Part shown: positions 1 through 17,857 of the stretch, one piece after another
Numbering within the stretch: the first letter of the stretch is position 1
Layout of the letters: each line of letters begins with the position of its first letter
The notes under the pieces: model-generated
Database searches by the model: none
Told to the model about the DNA's origin: nothing
Seen by the model: only the letters and a program-made list of their open reading frames with translations
Translations under genes and position numbers: made by a program
Source: the human T2T-CHM13v2.0 reference genome, Homo sapiens
Length of the DNA stretch: 64,000 nt
Direction: 5' to 3' (one strand)
Assembly (NCBI RefSeq): GCF_009914755.1
Contig: NC_060928.1

Positions 1-1908
1 GTTGATCATATTTCTGTTCATATCTCCCTAATATGGATAAAAAAGAGTAATGAAATAAATTTTGCTAATGACAAATATGTCTATTTAACCCAGTTCCTAT
101 CGCATCTCTTCAGTCTTCAAGAAGCCATCAATTTATTTAATACAATTTGAAAACCATTTCCATCAACTTTATGCATCTTAATAGTCTTAAAATAATTTTC
201 TCAAGAGTTTACTCTTCCACGGCAACGCAGACTTTACGTGTCAATTAAGTCATCTAAACAACATAATAAGTACAATGTCCATGCATCTCTGAAGTTTTTT
301 AAACTCAAACTACAGCTGTAAACAACACTGAGAATAACACAATCAGGAATTGAGGAGACTCCCTGCTGCTTATCTTTTTCCTTAAAAGCGTAATTCCACA
401 AGGCATAGTGTTAGTGGTTGTCAGAAAAAGCCAGTTTATGACTTCATGTAAGATTTTGTAGTATATATGACGGTACAATGCTAAGTAGTATATTTTCATA
501 CATCAGTACAACAAAAGACTTGAAAATCAGCTTATCTAATATTACCATAAAATACAACAAAAATGCATTGAACCTAGTTAGAACAGAGGTATTCATGATA
601 TATAATACTTTTTACAGATTTTTTAGTTCTTATGAATTTTTCTTTCTGTTTCGCTTATTTTTTAATGTTTCCTCTATCTTCTCTTATTTTAACAGTGGAA
701 GATTAGTTTAGTTTAACTGTTTGCATACTTGAATGTGGTGATAAGTAATTTCAAACATAAAAAATGCCTATGTAACAGGGCAAATGCCTTATGAAAGTCA
801 TTCTGTTTTTCTCCGCTTGACAAATAACACTACCAAATTCTATTTTATTATAGAAAAAAATTGCTTAAGTAACTTAAATATATTACTCTGCCTCCCAGAA
901 TTGGTTGAAAATAAACTTTAGTTCAAGGTCCAATGTGCCAGCTATCAGAATATGATAATAACTATTTAAAATAAAACTTTTAGTTTTTAATACATTATTT
1001 TAATTGAGCACTATCTGTAATTGATCTTACATGGTTTTTACATTTATCTCACTGGCTTTAAAATTCTGTTTCTTGGTTGTGTCCTAGGTGGAACTTCAAG
1101 AAGTTCAAATATTAATGTCTATATATTAAAGATCTTCCTATATAAAAATAATTGCTCATTCTAACCAATTCTCTTCTCTAAACTAAATATCCACTGATAA
1201 GTTCTTAGCATTATTTTCTAATTCCTTAGCAACTTGAATCATACCTAACCGTGAAGCTGTAATTGGACCTGATAACCACCTGGAATGGTTGTTTTTATGG
1301 GAACTGCTGCTGGGTTTTCTTCTTCAAGCCACAGAAGAGAAATCTAAATTGAATGACATAAAAAACCTCTGATGCTGTGTAGTAGCATTCAAGCAGAGAA
1401 CTATCTTGCTGTGTTCACCTTTCTTTCTCATTTTAAAAGAAAATTAGTGAACTATATCTACCAGAACCCCATGAAACAAGTAAGCATGCTCCTGGCCTAT
1501 GGGGTTTTAGCAGCTTTTAAGATAGCTCTTCCAAGTAGAATTAATAGACAGAAAGGAGAATATATAGCTAAGTTGGAGTTTATTTCAAAGTATTTTTATA
1601 TTAAGGACATTGATTAAGAACTATGAAATTCAATAGTATCCTAAGAAAAAGGTAGTTTTACACATACAATCCCTTGAATAACCTAATAAAAATAAACATG
1701 ATGATTTCCTCATTACTTTTAATATTTGAATAATTTATTTTGCCTTTCATATGGGTGGAACAAAATGAAGGCTTAGGTCCTAGAAAATAACTGGTTTTTA
1801 TTAGAGAACTTAAAATGATAATGTGTATTAACTGAAAAATATAAATTCTAGTAAACACTAAACTTTATCTTCAGAAACTTTGTTACTAACATATTAAGAA
1901 ATTCAGAT

Positions 1909-2220
<312 letters not shown>

Positions 2221-3160
2221 GCCAATGCTCCTACACACTATCTTTCCTTCTGAAAGAGATAAAGTTCATCACATTTAGGGACCATCCATTTAATCTGGGA
2301 TAATCTTGTTATTTCAGTCCTCCTCAGGCTAGCTCAACTAAAGACCTTTCATAAACAGATTCACCATTCTACCTTCCTCAATCAGCTAAGCACTTCGAAA
2401 GAAAGACGGTGTTGAGTCTCATCTTTTCTCTTCCTCCTGACCATTTACTTACCATCCCATCCATACCCAACCCTGATTACCCACTCCTCTGCTACATATA
2501 CTAAAAGCTCCTGGGCACTTCGCTCCATCCAATCTTTACGGAAGGTAGAATTTACCTGAAAATGGTTCCGTTGAAGATCTGACATACATCTTTCTAGCAG
2601 GGATGTGAGCATTAAAAATGGGGAGAGTTGATAAGATTGCAGCAAACTTCAATTTTCTTCTCTCTTTGTTTACTAAACCATAGGTCTGAAGTTTGCTTAC
2701 CACTCTGGTTCCATAGTCCATCTAGTCTTTTTCTATCCCCTTCTTTGAAGCACTGAATCTGATTCTATTAGCCCAAATATAATGTGCAGTTCAGATAATA
2801 TCCTATAGCTACTGAGGAGCATATGAATAGTTTTAACAGGAAAATCATGTAATTATTGCTGTATTTTATGCAATCTGTTGGATTTACTAGAAACAGAGAG
2901 AATGTAAGCACTGTATTACAATGGCAGAAGGAATTAATAAACTATTGCAATGTGATAGAGAGATAGATCATATGATTACTTGGAAAGAGATCACCTTTAG
3001 AAATTAGCTAGAATATGATCATTTCTAAACCACTTATGATAAAGCAGTACAACAACAGCAAATAAAAAATGCAAAATGACTCTCATCTGTACTCCATGAC
3101 TTCAGAAGGGAAAAGATGTGTGTTGCTGGATAATCTAACTATGTTAAGAATGAAATATAG

Positions 3161-4274
<1,114 letters not shown>

Positions 4275-4392
4275 AAGAAATTCAGAAAAGTCTATCGCAG
4301 AGAACTAGTCTCCACTTACACTTTACAACTATGTATTTAAATTTAATGACTTTGATTGTGGGAGGAAAAGAAAAAGAAAAAAACCTAGAACT

Positions 4393-4683
4393 CTCTGGGC
4401 ATGGTGGTTCATGCCTGTAACCCCAGCACTTTGGGAGGCCAAGGCAGAAGGGTTGCTTGAGCCCAGACATTCAAGACCAGCTTGGACAATACAGCAAGAA
4501 AATTTGTCTACAAAAAATAGAAAAATTAGTCAGGCTTGGTGGCATGGGCTTATGGTCCCAGCTACTCAGAAAGCTGTTGTGGGAGGATAGCTCGATCCTG
4601 GGAAGTCAAGGCTGCATTGAGCTGTAATCAGGTCACTACACTCCAGCCTGGGCAACAGAAAAAGAACCTGTCTCAAAATAAAT
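4393..4683 (+). mobile_element. AluJ SINE
   Basis: Diverged Alu with J-type GGTTGCTTGAGCCCAG and GTCAAGGCTGCA motifs. Confidence 0.9.
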
Positions 4684-5269
4684 TCTCCAGAAACCCAGAA
4701 ACATAGACATTATTCATATCAAAACATTATTGGGATACATGGTATGACCTTAGGACTGAAAGCACAAAGGATGGGGTTGGGTTATCAAATTGAAATGAAA
4801 GACAGTTGTGGAATGATATTGATTAAGAGGGGATTAATCTCAAATATATTATTATGAATTGATGGTGAGGTGTGGTGGCTAAAGGCTTGCAAATAACAGG
4901 AAAATAAAAGCTGCAGACTCAACAGCATAATATATGTTGGAGGCAAGAGCAAACATCTGCACTAAGGTAGCTGTCTCACCAAGCTCTGTAAGATTCTTAT
5001 GAAAATATAACCCAGAAGGTATTTCTCCCCTCATTTCTTAGCAGAATGTGAGCTGTTTAGCAGTACTGTGAATATTGAGGCTTACGTATTTGAGTAAACT
5101 GCAGAAATCTGCGTCTCAGTACCAGAACGTCAACTCAGCAGATACTGAGATAATGAAAGTGGCCTCCATAGATTTATGAGTACTGAGAGAAAAGCAGAGC
5201 CTTGTGTAGAATCACCATGATGACCATAAGATATGCCTTGGAGATCCTAAAAGGAAATTGTTGGGACAA

Positions 5270-7050
<1,781 letters not shown>

Positions 7051-7134
7051 CTACGAGCACTCTCTTAAACCCTTAACCTGTTTGGATATATATTTTTTAA
7101 TCTTACAACCGTTTATCAACAGGCATAGGTAAAA

Positions 7135-7275
7135 ATATATATATATTTACATATATATAATATGTAAATTATATATGTAATATATGTAAATATATATTAT
7201 ATATATATTTATCATCTATATATGTTTTATATATATATTTATCATCTATATATGTTTTTTATATATATATAGATT
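7135..7275. repeat. (TA)n-rich low-complexity tract with a ~30-bp duplicated unit
   Basis: ATATATATTTATCATCTATATATGTTTT occurs twice inside a TA run. Confidence 0.85.
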
Positions 7276-7405
7276 TATCATCTATTCCCTTATACTAAAA
7301 CTTTAGCACTGGCTGAGTGAGAAGACTTCTTTGGTTCAGTAATATATTCCCAATGCTTAGAAGAGTGGCACAGAGCAGATGCTCAATAATATTTATTCAA
7401 TGAAT
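7276..7405 (+). mobile_element. L2 3' end fragment
   Basis: GGCACAGAGCAGATGCTCAATAATATTTATTCAATGAAT resembles the L2 terminus. Confidence 0.6.
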
Positions 7406-8407
7406 ACAGATGTTATATTTTGTAAACCTGGAAAAATGCAAGTTAGAAACAATTTCTTAGCTTGTGTCATAGCATAGATTGCCTATGGGGCTTGTACTAT
7501 TCTGTTCTTTGCATTTCTGCTTTTTATCTGTGTATATAAAACTTAAAGTTTTTATTTTGTTTTATTTCATTTAAATTATATTATGTTATATTATTTGTGG
7601 TATTATTAAATTTTAACACTAAATTTTATGTCTATAAATTACTAATTTTTACTTTTTATTTTCATATATACATATTGAAATTTTAAATTTAAATACCAAA
7701 TTTAAATAAATATTTGCATCAGCTTCCTGAGGTCACAGTTTAAAGCAAACTATTTTTCTTACTTTGTTTGAAATTCTAATCAAGAGAAAGACAATTGATT
7801 TAGAGTACTCATTTATTCAGTAAACATTTATTGGGTGTCTAGTATGTGTCAGATACTATGTTAAATTCTGAGTTAAAAGTCAGATGAATGTAAAAGCATC
7901 TGAGATCTCATGGGTATCACATGGAGCCATCTAGGACTTTGAAAATCCTATTGTAAGTCCTTTAATTTGTTTGTGGTGTTGTTTTAAAAAGTTATCCTTT
8001 TTTTTAGTTTTTGTATATAGTTTATTGAGGATACCATGTTGATTTTTTTCACTTAATTTAATGAGTTAACCTTTTCTGTTGCATATAATTTAATTCAAAA
8101 CAGTTATCTTGCTAGTCAGCTTCAAATTGCCACCACTGCTACCCTTCCAAAGTAGTGAATATGCACGTGTAATATAATAAGTTAAAACAAGTATCTCATT
8201 ATTATTTAACTCATATTTCTATGATTGGAAAGATGTCTGCACTATTGTGAGTTAATAGTTTCTATTCCTTTTTATGAATGTTTTTAAGTTTATATGTTCA
8301 TTTTTATGGATTAACTTATTTATAATTGCTCTTTATATTCAACAGTCCATTCTACTAGGATATTTACAATGATTGACTTGGGATTCTAGACAATACTTGA
8401 GACCCTT

Positions 8408-8741
8408 GTCCAGGCACGGTGGCTTTTGCCTATAATCCCAGCACTTTGGGAGGCCCAAGGCAGGCTGATTGCTTGAGCTCAGGAATTGGAGACCAGTCTG
8501 GGCAACATGGTGAAACCCCATAGCTACCAAAAAACAAACAAACAAACAAAAAAAAAAACAAAAAAAAATTTAGCCCAGTGTGATGACTCACATCTATGGT
8601 CTCAGATACCCCAGAAGCTGAGGTAGGAGGATTGCTTGAGCTTAGGAAGAAGAGGTTGCAGTGAGCTGAGGTCGCCTCAATGCACTCCAGCCAGGGCAAG
8701 ACAGTGAGACTCCATCTCAAAACAAAACAAAACAAAACAAA
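8408..8741 (+). mobile_element. AluJ SINE
   Basis: J-type motifs, (CAAAA)n tail; TSD CAATACTTGAGAC (8391) / CAATACTCGAGAC (8744). Confidence 0.92.
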
Positions 8742-8853
8742 TGCAATACTCGAGACTCTAGACAATGCAACGTAAAACCACAGCCAACTATATAATAAAT
8801 ACAATTAGACAATAGTGAAACCCTCTAATGCTGGTATCTGTCCCTAGCCTCTC

Positions 8854-9342
<489 letters not shown>

Positions 9343-9959
9343 TAAGATTTACATTACTTTGGGTGAGATTGTTGCTTTGAATCACCAAGGCATTTTAGCA
9401 TGTGCAGATTTGCCGAACATTCCGAGAACATTCTCTGTGACCTGTAAGTCACTGCTTTTACTTGTCTGGCTTCAAATAATTATGCTTTTCCTTGCTATTA
9501 TTTACCCAATGCAGTGTGTCTTTGCCCAAACCCTCACATATGTACACATTTTTGTTTTCCCAAATAGCACTGCAGTGCACTATTCAACATTCTAAAAACT
9601 ATAGTTTAATTAAGTTTTTACACATTATATCTCTTACCTCAAAATATAAAATTGGCAACGCAGCCTATAGGTTATAATTTCATCATCATATACCCACATT
9701 TCATTTCTGCATCTGACTTTCTTTTCCTATAATCATATAACCCTTCCATGTTATTATATGATTTAATATCAAACAAACAAGTTAGCCATTTACATTACAT
9801 TAACTTTCTGTGGTGGCTATAACTCTCACAATACATGAATAAAAATGTGGATTAATTATACATGTCAGATATTCTCTTCAAACATCTTTTTTATGTATTA
9901 ATGTTCACAACATTCCATATATGTTTATATGTAGATATATGTGTACACAGAAATGCACA

Positions 9960-10065
9960 CATACTATTATTACTTCCATTTTGAAGATGCAGTAAGTACA
10001 CAGATTGGTTTTAAAAAATGCCCAGCATCATACAAGATTATTAAGTATGAGGGTCAAAATTATCT
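9960..10065 (-). mobile_element. MIR fragment
   Basis: TATTATTACTTCCATTTTGAAGATG...TGCCCAGCATCATACA resembles the MIR core. Confidence 0.5.
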
Positions 10066-10839
10066 CCATTTTTACTTCCCATTTAAACTCTAATATTTTA
10101 TGAGGCTCGATATCTATAAAAGGGAAAGGGATGGTATTCTTATTTACTGCCACAAAAAGTAACTTTATAAAATAAGGTAATTGTCTAGATGATTGGTTGA
10201 CAATTTTGTAATTAATTTGGATTTCTAAATAAGGAGGTTTTTACAGAGAGAATTGAAGGGGTCACTCTCTGATATTATTTTAAGTTAGTGGAATTACTAC
10301 GTTTTTTGAGTATACCCGTAATTAAAATACTAATTATTTTTCTTAACCAAGGTCTATCAACTTAATAGTTAAGTATTTTAATAAGTCAATCATTCTATCA
10401 GGCATATTTTTTGCTTTTAGAGCCCATTTTCATCTGTGTGTTTGAGCATTCACAAGATATTGGGAGACTGAAAGATTATTTACCATTAAATTGTGGTTAA
10501 TGGTTAGATTTGATGAGAAGAGGAATGTTTGGAGGCTTATTTTGGCTCACATGGGGGCAAGCATGGGATATCTAACGAATGATCTTTAGTAGAAATTAGA
10601 AGTTAATAAGGCAACTTATCTTTAAAAACATTCATCTATTATTTTATTTTTGTTATTCTACTGTAGATAAGCTATGATTCAGAAGAAATTGATTGGAAAT
10701 TAAAGACTTACTCGAGAACTTATGCTGTTTCTACTTTAATACAACAACTTCTATAAACAAAATCTGTTCCACTACATTATTGTTTGAGGATACTGGATCG
10801 TTACATACAGCTAGGGCTTTTTAATGAGCATATTTTTGA

Positions 10840-11398
10840 GTGGTCATTTGCTATTTTTATCAGCTCAGCATCCAACCACCTTTCTCTTTTAATGGGCAAT
10901 GAAATTGTGTGAGTCTTTCTTCAGAAACGAACCACTGCTTTCTCTGTAAAACCTAATGTGTTTAATGTTTTCTCCACTACACGCTGGCAGCTAGACATGC
11001 AAACCGTACATGGTCAATTAGATATGTTACCAAGATTTTGAATCTGGTGGAAAAAGAAAAAAGAGTTGGAATTTATTCACAGCATGAATCAGTATGGTCA
11101 TGGTAGACAAATATAAAGTGTTGGTATCCATTGTTAGTGTTTAAATAATACTCAACTACAGTTGTGTCCTACAGTAGTAAAGTAATGATGGTGGAGTGAA
11201 CAATCGTTCCTGCTCAAACTGGTAAGGACTTAACTTGGCAGTTTAGTGCCTCTTGACTACTGTTCTTTTCTGCCCTGTTTCAATACTTTTTCCTTCATTT
11301 CTGTGAATCACTCGAACTCAGATTATAATGACTTTATTTTCTGATTACATTAGCCAGAGTTGGTCTCAATTTATTACAACCAGTATCTTTGACTAATA
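10840..11398 (+). mobile_element. LTR16-like ERVL LTR
   Basis: 3' end TAGCCAGAGTTGGTCTC...CAACCAGTATCTTTGACTAATA resembles the LTR16 terminus; boundaries approximate. Confidence 0.55.
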
Positions 11399-11619
11399 AA
11401 GCCTTGTTCCAAAGATAGAAATGTAGGCAACACATCCTCAGAAAAAAAATTGAATTAACTGGAATTAGTTATTTGACCTGGTTGGGACAAAAGTAGTTGA
11501 AATTGTATAATTATTATCCCTTGATGTTAATGTTAACAACTGTGACACACACTAGATAGAAAACGAGCCGATTTATGTATTGCCTATGGTCTGCTAGAAT
11601 GCAGTCCTCATTCAGGGCA

Positions 11620-11968
11620 AGTTTGACCATATGTGTCATTCACGTTGCCTGTGAAAAAACTGCCCCTCCCGCTCTAGCCTTTTAATATGCAAATGCGAGT
11701 GGCCATTGTGTCCTGCACACATGGCCTTATCTGAAGTCTGCCATGACACCTGGCACACGTAGTGACAAGGAGAAGAGGGCAGAAACTGCCATATTGGGTG
11801 GACCTGGTTTCTAGCCTCTGACATTTGCATATCAATGCCTGCCGGTCTGGTTTTTCAAGCCATTTTCTATTAGAAAAGAAATGGTTTGGGGTCATTTTTT
11901 GTTAAAAGAAAATTCCATCAAGAACTTTTGAGCTGCCTAAAAATTGTTTCTTTATGACTTCTGTATTA
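11620..11968 (-). mobile_element. 3' LTR (LTR9B-like), missing about 245 bp of its 3' end
   Basis: Aligns to 18102-18458; minus-strand start TAATACAG follows the PPT. Confidence 0.88.
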
Positions 11969-13449
11969 CTTCCCCCACTCAGGAGAAGTAATAAAAAGTA
12001 AATAAAGCCTAAATAAAAATAAAAAGTAATAAAAACCTAACTGCTGTTAGGGGGTGCTGGGTGATGATTGTTTCTGGCTACTTCCTACTGAAAAGGGGCA
12101 TAATGTCGAGGGACAGCAATTGGGCCTCCTCCTGAGGTTGATCTAAGGGTTCTTGGAAGAATGACATGTCCATGTGTGGCTCTGTCTGCAGCAGCATTTG
12201 GAGTTTGATTACTTCTAGGTGAAAAGAGATAAATTTCACAAGAAAGTTTAAAATATAGGGTTAGAATATAAGCATTAAGATTACCAGTTAGTGGAAGTCC
12301 TATAGACCATAACTATGACAGTAGAGTTCCATACCTGTAGGTTATGCCAATGGATTGTAATACTGGATGGTCTCCAGTAGATGTCACTGTAAATTACCAG
12401 AAACGTTAAGTAACATTTTTTTTTTTTTTTTTTTCCTTGAGAAAAGCATACATTTCCCATTGACTTGCCATTAGAGAATAATTTTAGGCTTAGGCAATTT
12501 TTATAACTTGCAATATAATTGGAAGAAATACATTATTGGGTGTCTACAATAACTTTAGTGTTAATCTTGACAATTCCTTTACTTTAATTACTATTTCATA
12601 ACATTCACAGACCCTGTTACTACATACTCAAACTTTCTGAATTGTCCCAAACATCCTTCCATTAAGCAACCAGTCATTTCCTTTTAGGACAAGAATTTAC
12701 CATACAAGATCCTTTCTTATATAAAATTTCTTCCTTTATAATCTTCTTTTTATAGCTTAGAGCACACCATACTAAAATCTTCAGTAAACAGTCCAATCAA
12801 ACTTAATGATAGTAAAACTTTCTTGCTCACTTCTTATCCATGACTATTACTTCTGCTATAAGCAAAACAACCTTGGTGAAATCTTTTCTGCAATTATTAA
12901 TCTTGTTACAAGGATGAAAATTGGGCAAAATATTATAGCAATTAGAATTTTACAGCCAGAATTCCATGTTGTGGGTGCCACAGTGTACAGTTCTATTGCA
13001 AACAGTAGCGTGACTATAACAGTTCCCACAAGAGTGGTGTAGTAAATGATTTCCATTTAAAATTTTACTTGCCAATATATAATATTTCCATTTGGGGATT
13101 AACAAAGTTACAAATGTAATTCCATAAATAATTAAAATATTTCTGCAAGTATACATGAAGTTCTAATATTTGGTGGCAAATTTTGAGAGGAAAGGGTAGA
13201 AATAATAAAAAGTATCTGGTGAGGTAGTAATGACACTGAGAAAGATGAGTAGCCCTCACTTAGTTGCTTATCTTTTATGATTTTTCAGCTTAAGATCTCC
13301 TATTTCTTCACATTGATACTCATGACCTTTCTCTGGCTGTCAGGGATTGCTCCGTCAGCTTTTCAGGCTTTGACTTGAGTGTGATGTATTCAGAAGTTGA
13401 TACCTGTTACTTTTGCTGCCAAGGTGGTTGAAAGAGAACAGTGCAGGGC

Positions 13450-14880
13450 CCTTCCCAGCTTGGCTTAGGGAAGGAGAGACAGGTAGGGTTTTCACTAATA
13501 CCAAATTTCCTGGGTTAAATAAAGGTGGTCCTATTTCCTGGGGTTGGGCTTCTGCTAGTTATATCAATTCTTGTTGGAAGTGAGCCAGAGAGGTTACACG
13601 TTTAACCAGCTCAGAGATTTCCCAATCTAATAGAAAATCACTGGAAAGGAAAGGCCATTTATTCAGCTTCTCAAAAGGGCTAAGACCTAATTTTTAAGGG
13701 GTATTTCTTATCTGTAGTAAGGCCAAGGGAAGAAGAGTGACCCGAGGAAGGTGAATTTCTTGGGATAATTTTCTGAGGTGTCTCTTGATAATATCATTGG
13801 TTTTCTCTATCTTTCCTAAGGGCTGGGGTCTCCAAGCACAATGGAGATGATATTCTATGCCTAGTGGTTTTAAGACCCCTTATGTGACAGCTGCCTTAAG
13901 CAAGGGGCCATTGTCACTTTGAAGGAACTTAGGTAGACCAAACCCGGAAGTTATTTCATTAACTAACACTTTTGTTACCTCAGAGGCTTTTTCTGTGTGA
14001 CATGGAAATGCTTCTACCCAGTTAGTGAAAGTATCTACCCATACCAGCAGGTATTGAATGCCCTTTGTCTTTGGCATGTGGGTAGTCTTATCTGCCAGTT
14101 TCCCGTGGACAACTTCCTATTCTTTGGGTTTGAGGAGGAAGGAGCTGCCTGTTTGGGGGATTATTTTTAAGACAGACTTCACAAACATTAGCAAATTGCT
14201 TGATTGTTTTTAGTAAGTTCTCTCCTGAAAACAATCTCTGGGCACATTGATAAGTTTTATCCTTTCCCAGGTGAAAAGCCTGGTGAAGAATTTTAAAGAT
14301 TTTCCATTGGCTGGAGGCTGGCAAGTGGAGCTTGCCATCTGACTTTAGACATCCTGAGGGCTGAAAAGTGTATCCTAGAGAAGTAGCCCATTCTATTTCT
14401 GTAGGGGTAAACTGAGGTTTAATTTCTCTTATGGAACCTTCCCATATAAGAGGGGTTTGAAGTGTGTTAATGTCTTGAGGCTTCCTTGCCACTGACTTAG
14501 CTGCCTGATCAGCTAATGTATTTCCTTCGGCTTCCTCATCTGTTCCCTTTTGATGTCCTTTACAATGCATCACTGCTATTTCTCATGGAAGGAAAACAGG
14601 ATAATAAGCTGTTAATTTCCTGGTGTATTTTATAGGCAATTCATTAGTGGTAAGAAAATGCCTTTCCTTCCAAATGGCAACATAAGCATGGAGAATCAGG
14701 AAAGTATACTTGAAGTCAGTGTAAATGTTAGCTACATTTCCTTTGCTTAATTCAGTGGCTCTTGTAGGAGCTATTAGCTTAGCTAATTGAGAGCTTGTGC
14801 CTGGAGAGAGAGAGACTTTATTTAGAGTGACTACTGTTTATCCTGCCTTAGGTATTTCTTGATTTACTGGCTGTTTGTTA
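13450..14880 (-). pseudogene. pol: ERV pol remnant (RNase H C-terminus + integrase)
   Basis: HCKGHQKG...GNTLADQAAK (RNase H); HQAFH...CEVC zinc-binding motif; YLLVWVDTFTNWVEAFP...LQSDNGP integrase core; frameshifted. Confidence 0.9.
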
Positions 14881-15199
14881 GCTAAGAGCTCTCCCTAGAG
14901 GACAGTAATTCTGCCACATTATGTGGAGTGTAAAACAGTTAAATTACTTTTCAGGGTTAATATGGAGGCTTTCTGACTAGTAGAGCTATCATGGCAATGG
15001 CTTAAAAGCATGTGTAAACAGGTCCTCCTAATTGCAACTAAGAAGTTGGGTAAAGTATTGGATTAGAATTTTTCCTGAGAAGCCCCTTATGGTCCTGCTA
15101 TGGGAAGAGGGGAGGCCTAAATTAGAGAGGAGAAAAGAGAGAGACTGACTTTAGTGTTTAGAAGGCGGTTTACTTTCCTTCCTTTAATTTTCAGAATCA

Positions 15200-16467
15200 C
15201 TTAGGGCTCCTGTGCTGTAATGGCAGTTTGAGTCACTACAGCCAGGGTTTGAGCCCTGAGACCCATCAGTCACTGGACCATCTGTGAGACTGGTTCTGAA
15301 CCCAGTGACTTCCACTTCTGGGGACAGTTTGATCTCCAGTGGTCTCCACCACGGGCTAGACAGGGTCAAGGTGGCTGTTTGGGCATTCCTTCTTAAAATG
15401 TCCTGGCTTGCCGCATCAATAACAACTAGCAGAGGCACCTCAGGGATCCTGGATGTTGTAAACTTGCAAAGCTGCTACCAGAGCCTCTTTCCTTCTCCTG
15501 AGCTTTCTGTCTTTTGGGCCTCCTCCTGGTCCCTATTATAAAAGACCAAAGTGGCCATCTCCAGTAGGTTCTCTAAGGTGCTATCTGGTCCTATAGCTTG
15601 CTTCTGTGGTTTTCTTCTAATATAGGGAGAAGCCGGTGTCATAAACTTATCCTGTAGACTGAGCTGTCCCTCAGCTGAATCAGGGGATAAGGAGGTGTAC
15701 TCTATTAGTGCCTCAATTAGCCTTTCCAAAAAGGCTATAGGATTCTCATCTGGCATTTGGTCTATCATGGACAGTTTAGAGTAATTAAGAGGTTTAGTCC
15801 TGGTTTTTTATAAGCACTCTAATATGCATATTAAGAAGTGCTTCTTTTTCCATTCATCTCCTAAGTTATTCGGGTTCTAATCAGTAGACAACTACTGGAA
15901 CTGCTTCTCTTCCTGGGGGGAATGGAGTTTCCACTACTTCTTCACCTTTTGTATCTCCTCTTTTCTCCTCGGTCTGCTATAGGAGACATGTTGCTCTTCT
16001 CCATATTTTTCTGCTGCCTGCAGAACTGCCTGCTTTTCAGCTGCAGTGAGGGTCTGATTTAGGAGCAACATAACATCTCTCCTTGTGAGGTCAAACACCT
16101 GAGTGAAATAATGGAAGTCTATATACCTATAAGGGTTGTCAGAAAATTAACCTAGGTCTCCTTTTATTTTCCTAAGGTCTTGTAATGAGAAGAGAAGTTG
16201 AAGGGGCCCCAAATGATGGGGATAATTAGATGGTTCCCTTGAAAGTTGCTTCTCTAATTTTAGGAAATTATTCTCTTTGGGTCTTCCCAATATGATTGCA
16301 AAAAGAGCCCTGTTGATGTTACAATGCTTGCAAAGATTCAGTAAAAATGCCATGCTCTTGTGCAAAAGAAAATGAGTCGCTTTTCTTTTCAAAGTCCTAA
16401 GGTTAAAGAAGTTCCAGTGTTTCAGAATGCACTCCAGAGTGCAAGCTGAAAATAATCTGTTACCCAT
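15200..16467 (-). pseudogene. gag: ERV gag remnant
   Basis: MGN...LECILKHW matrix start; major homology region Q.PDENPIAFLERLIEAL; zinc knuckle CY*CGKPGHFKKECP near 15385-15425; many stops. Confidence 0.9.
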
Positions 16468-17835
16468 CTAGAAAGAGAAGTGACAATAAAAGTTTCCTTT
16501 CATCTCCTTCCTTTCTGTGTGACCTAGGGTGGAGAAGACAGTGGGAGTGTACCCCTGACTGTTTTCCCTCCTTAGTTCCTGGGTTCTGGCGCCCAGTTAA
16601 ATCTGCCTTCCATGGTTGTAGGCATGACCCTCCAAACCATGGCACCAGAGGAACTAAGCCATGCTCACCCCAGTAGCTCTAGTCCTCTGCCTTTGATTTC
16701 CCTTGACTTCCTAGACTTGTGTGACCTGTATGCCTCCCTAAAAAAATGAATCTTGGGAAAGACTGTATAAAAGGCAAGGCTCCTTTAACGGAGGGAATGT
16801 GTAGATTGCCTGATATTATGGCCCATGCTAAAGCATTTACCTTTAGAAAAATGATTTTAGTTAACTTCCAGACTTAAAATCCCCTTACTAATTAAGTACT
16901 GTCTTAAGAGGAGACAGAATAGATTCCTTAAAGGGACACAGGAACCTAATGGTGATTTTCCTGCTGATGGGACAGTACTGAGTAACATTTGGGTGTGGAG
17001 GACATTTACTCCTAATAGTTGAAAGAGAATTTTCCCATTCACAGAAGAAGGATAAAGCCTGGTTTCTAGTAGAAAGGCACAAAAAGGAAAAATTGGGAAG
17101 CTGCCCTTTACTACAGAGGACCACAATGTGTCTTATGAAAAGGATTTCTATTTCCACTGTGTGGCAATATTGGCTTAGAAATACCATGTGCTCACAAGGA
17201 GAATATTAGTGAGTAACCTCACTGCTGGGGAAAGGGAGACCTCTGTTCCTAGAAGATTGCAATGGCATTTTCCTGAGCTGTATCCGCGATTACCGCAGCA
17301 TTTCCTGATCTTGCCTAATAGGATTACTACCCTGGGCTGTAAAAATTCCCACACATTCAGCAAACAGAGAGAGTAAAAGACACAACCACCATGGACAGGA
17401 AAAGAAGGAAAGTTTTGTGACAGGATAGCTGGGGATCTTTTACCAATACCCAGAGCAAGCTGACAGAGGCTGAGTTCAGTCCAGAAGCCTTTGAATAGCA
17501 CCAGCGAGTGTCCCGGCCAGAAATTCTCATTTGCTTCAGAAATTTTCCTAGCCTTGTAAGATAACTAAGTTTCCCCATGAAAAGAAATTGATTTGAAGCA
17601 TGACCAACATTCCCAATGACCCGTGGGTACTGAGGCATTTTCCTTGTTCTCACCAGCAAAACTGACATCTGAGTCTTTAGAACAGCAGCCATGAAAAGCT
17701 TATCTAGATGGCTGACAGATACCCATTAATTGATTTGATTTTGATTTTAAAATACAGGCCAAGAGCCTCAGAATGATAGGGCAGATTTTGAGTTCACTCC
17801 TCTATTTACCACTCCAGTGAATGTTGTACCTTGGT

Positions 17836-17853
17836 TTCCCAGCCAATACACCA
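17836..17853 (-). promoter_or_regulatory. Primer binding site, tRNA-Gly-like
   Basis: Minus strand TGGTGTATTGGCTGGGAA vs tRNA-Gly complement TGGTGCATTGGCCGGGAA (16/18), 4 nt after the 5' LTR. Confidence 0.75.
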
Positions 17854-17857
17854 AGAA

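Noticed and set aside
305-499. Minus ORF with hydrophobic C-terminus (SPQFLIVLFSVLFTAVV), GPI-signal-like
   Set aside because: No recognisable family and no convincing splice acceptor; hydrophobic tails are common in AT-rich ORFs
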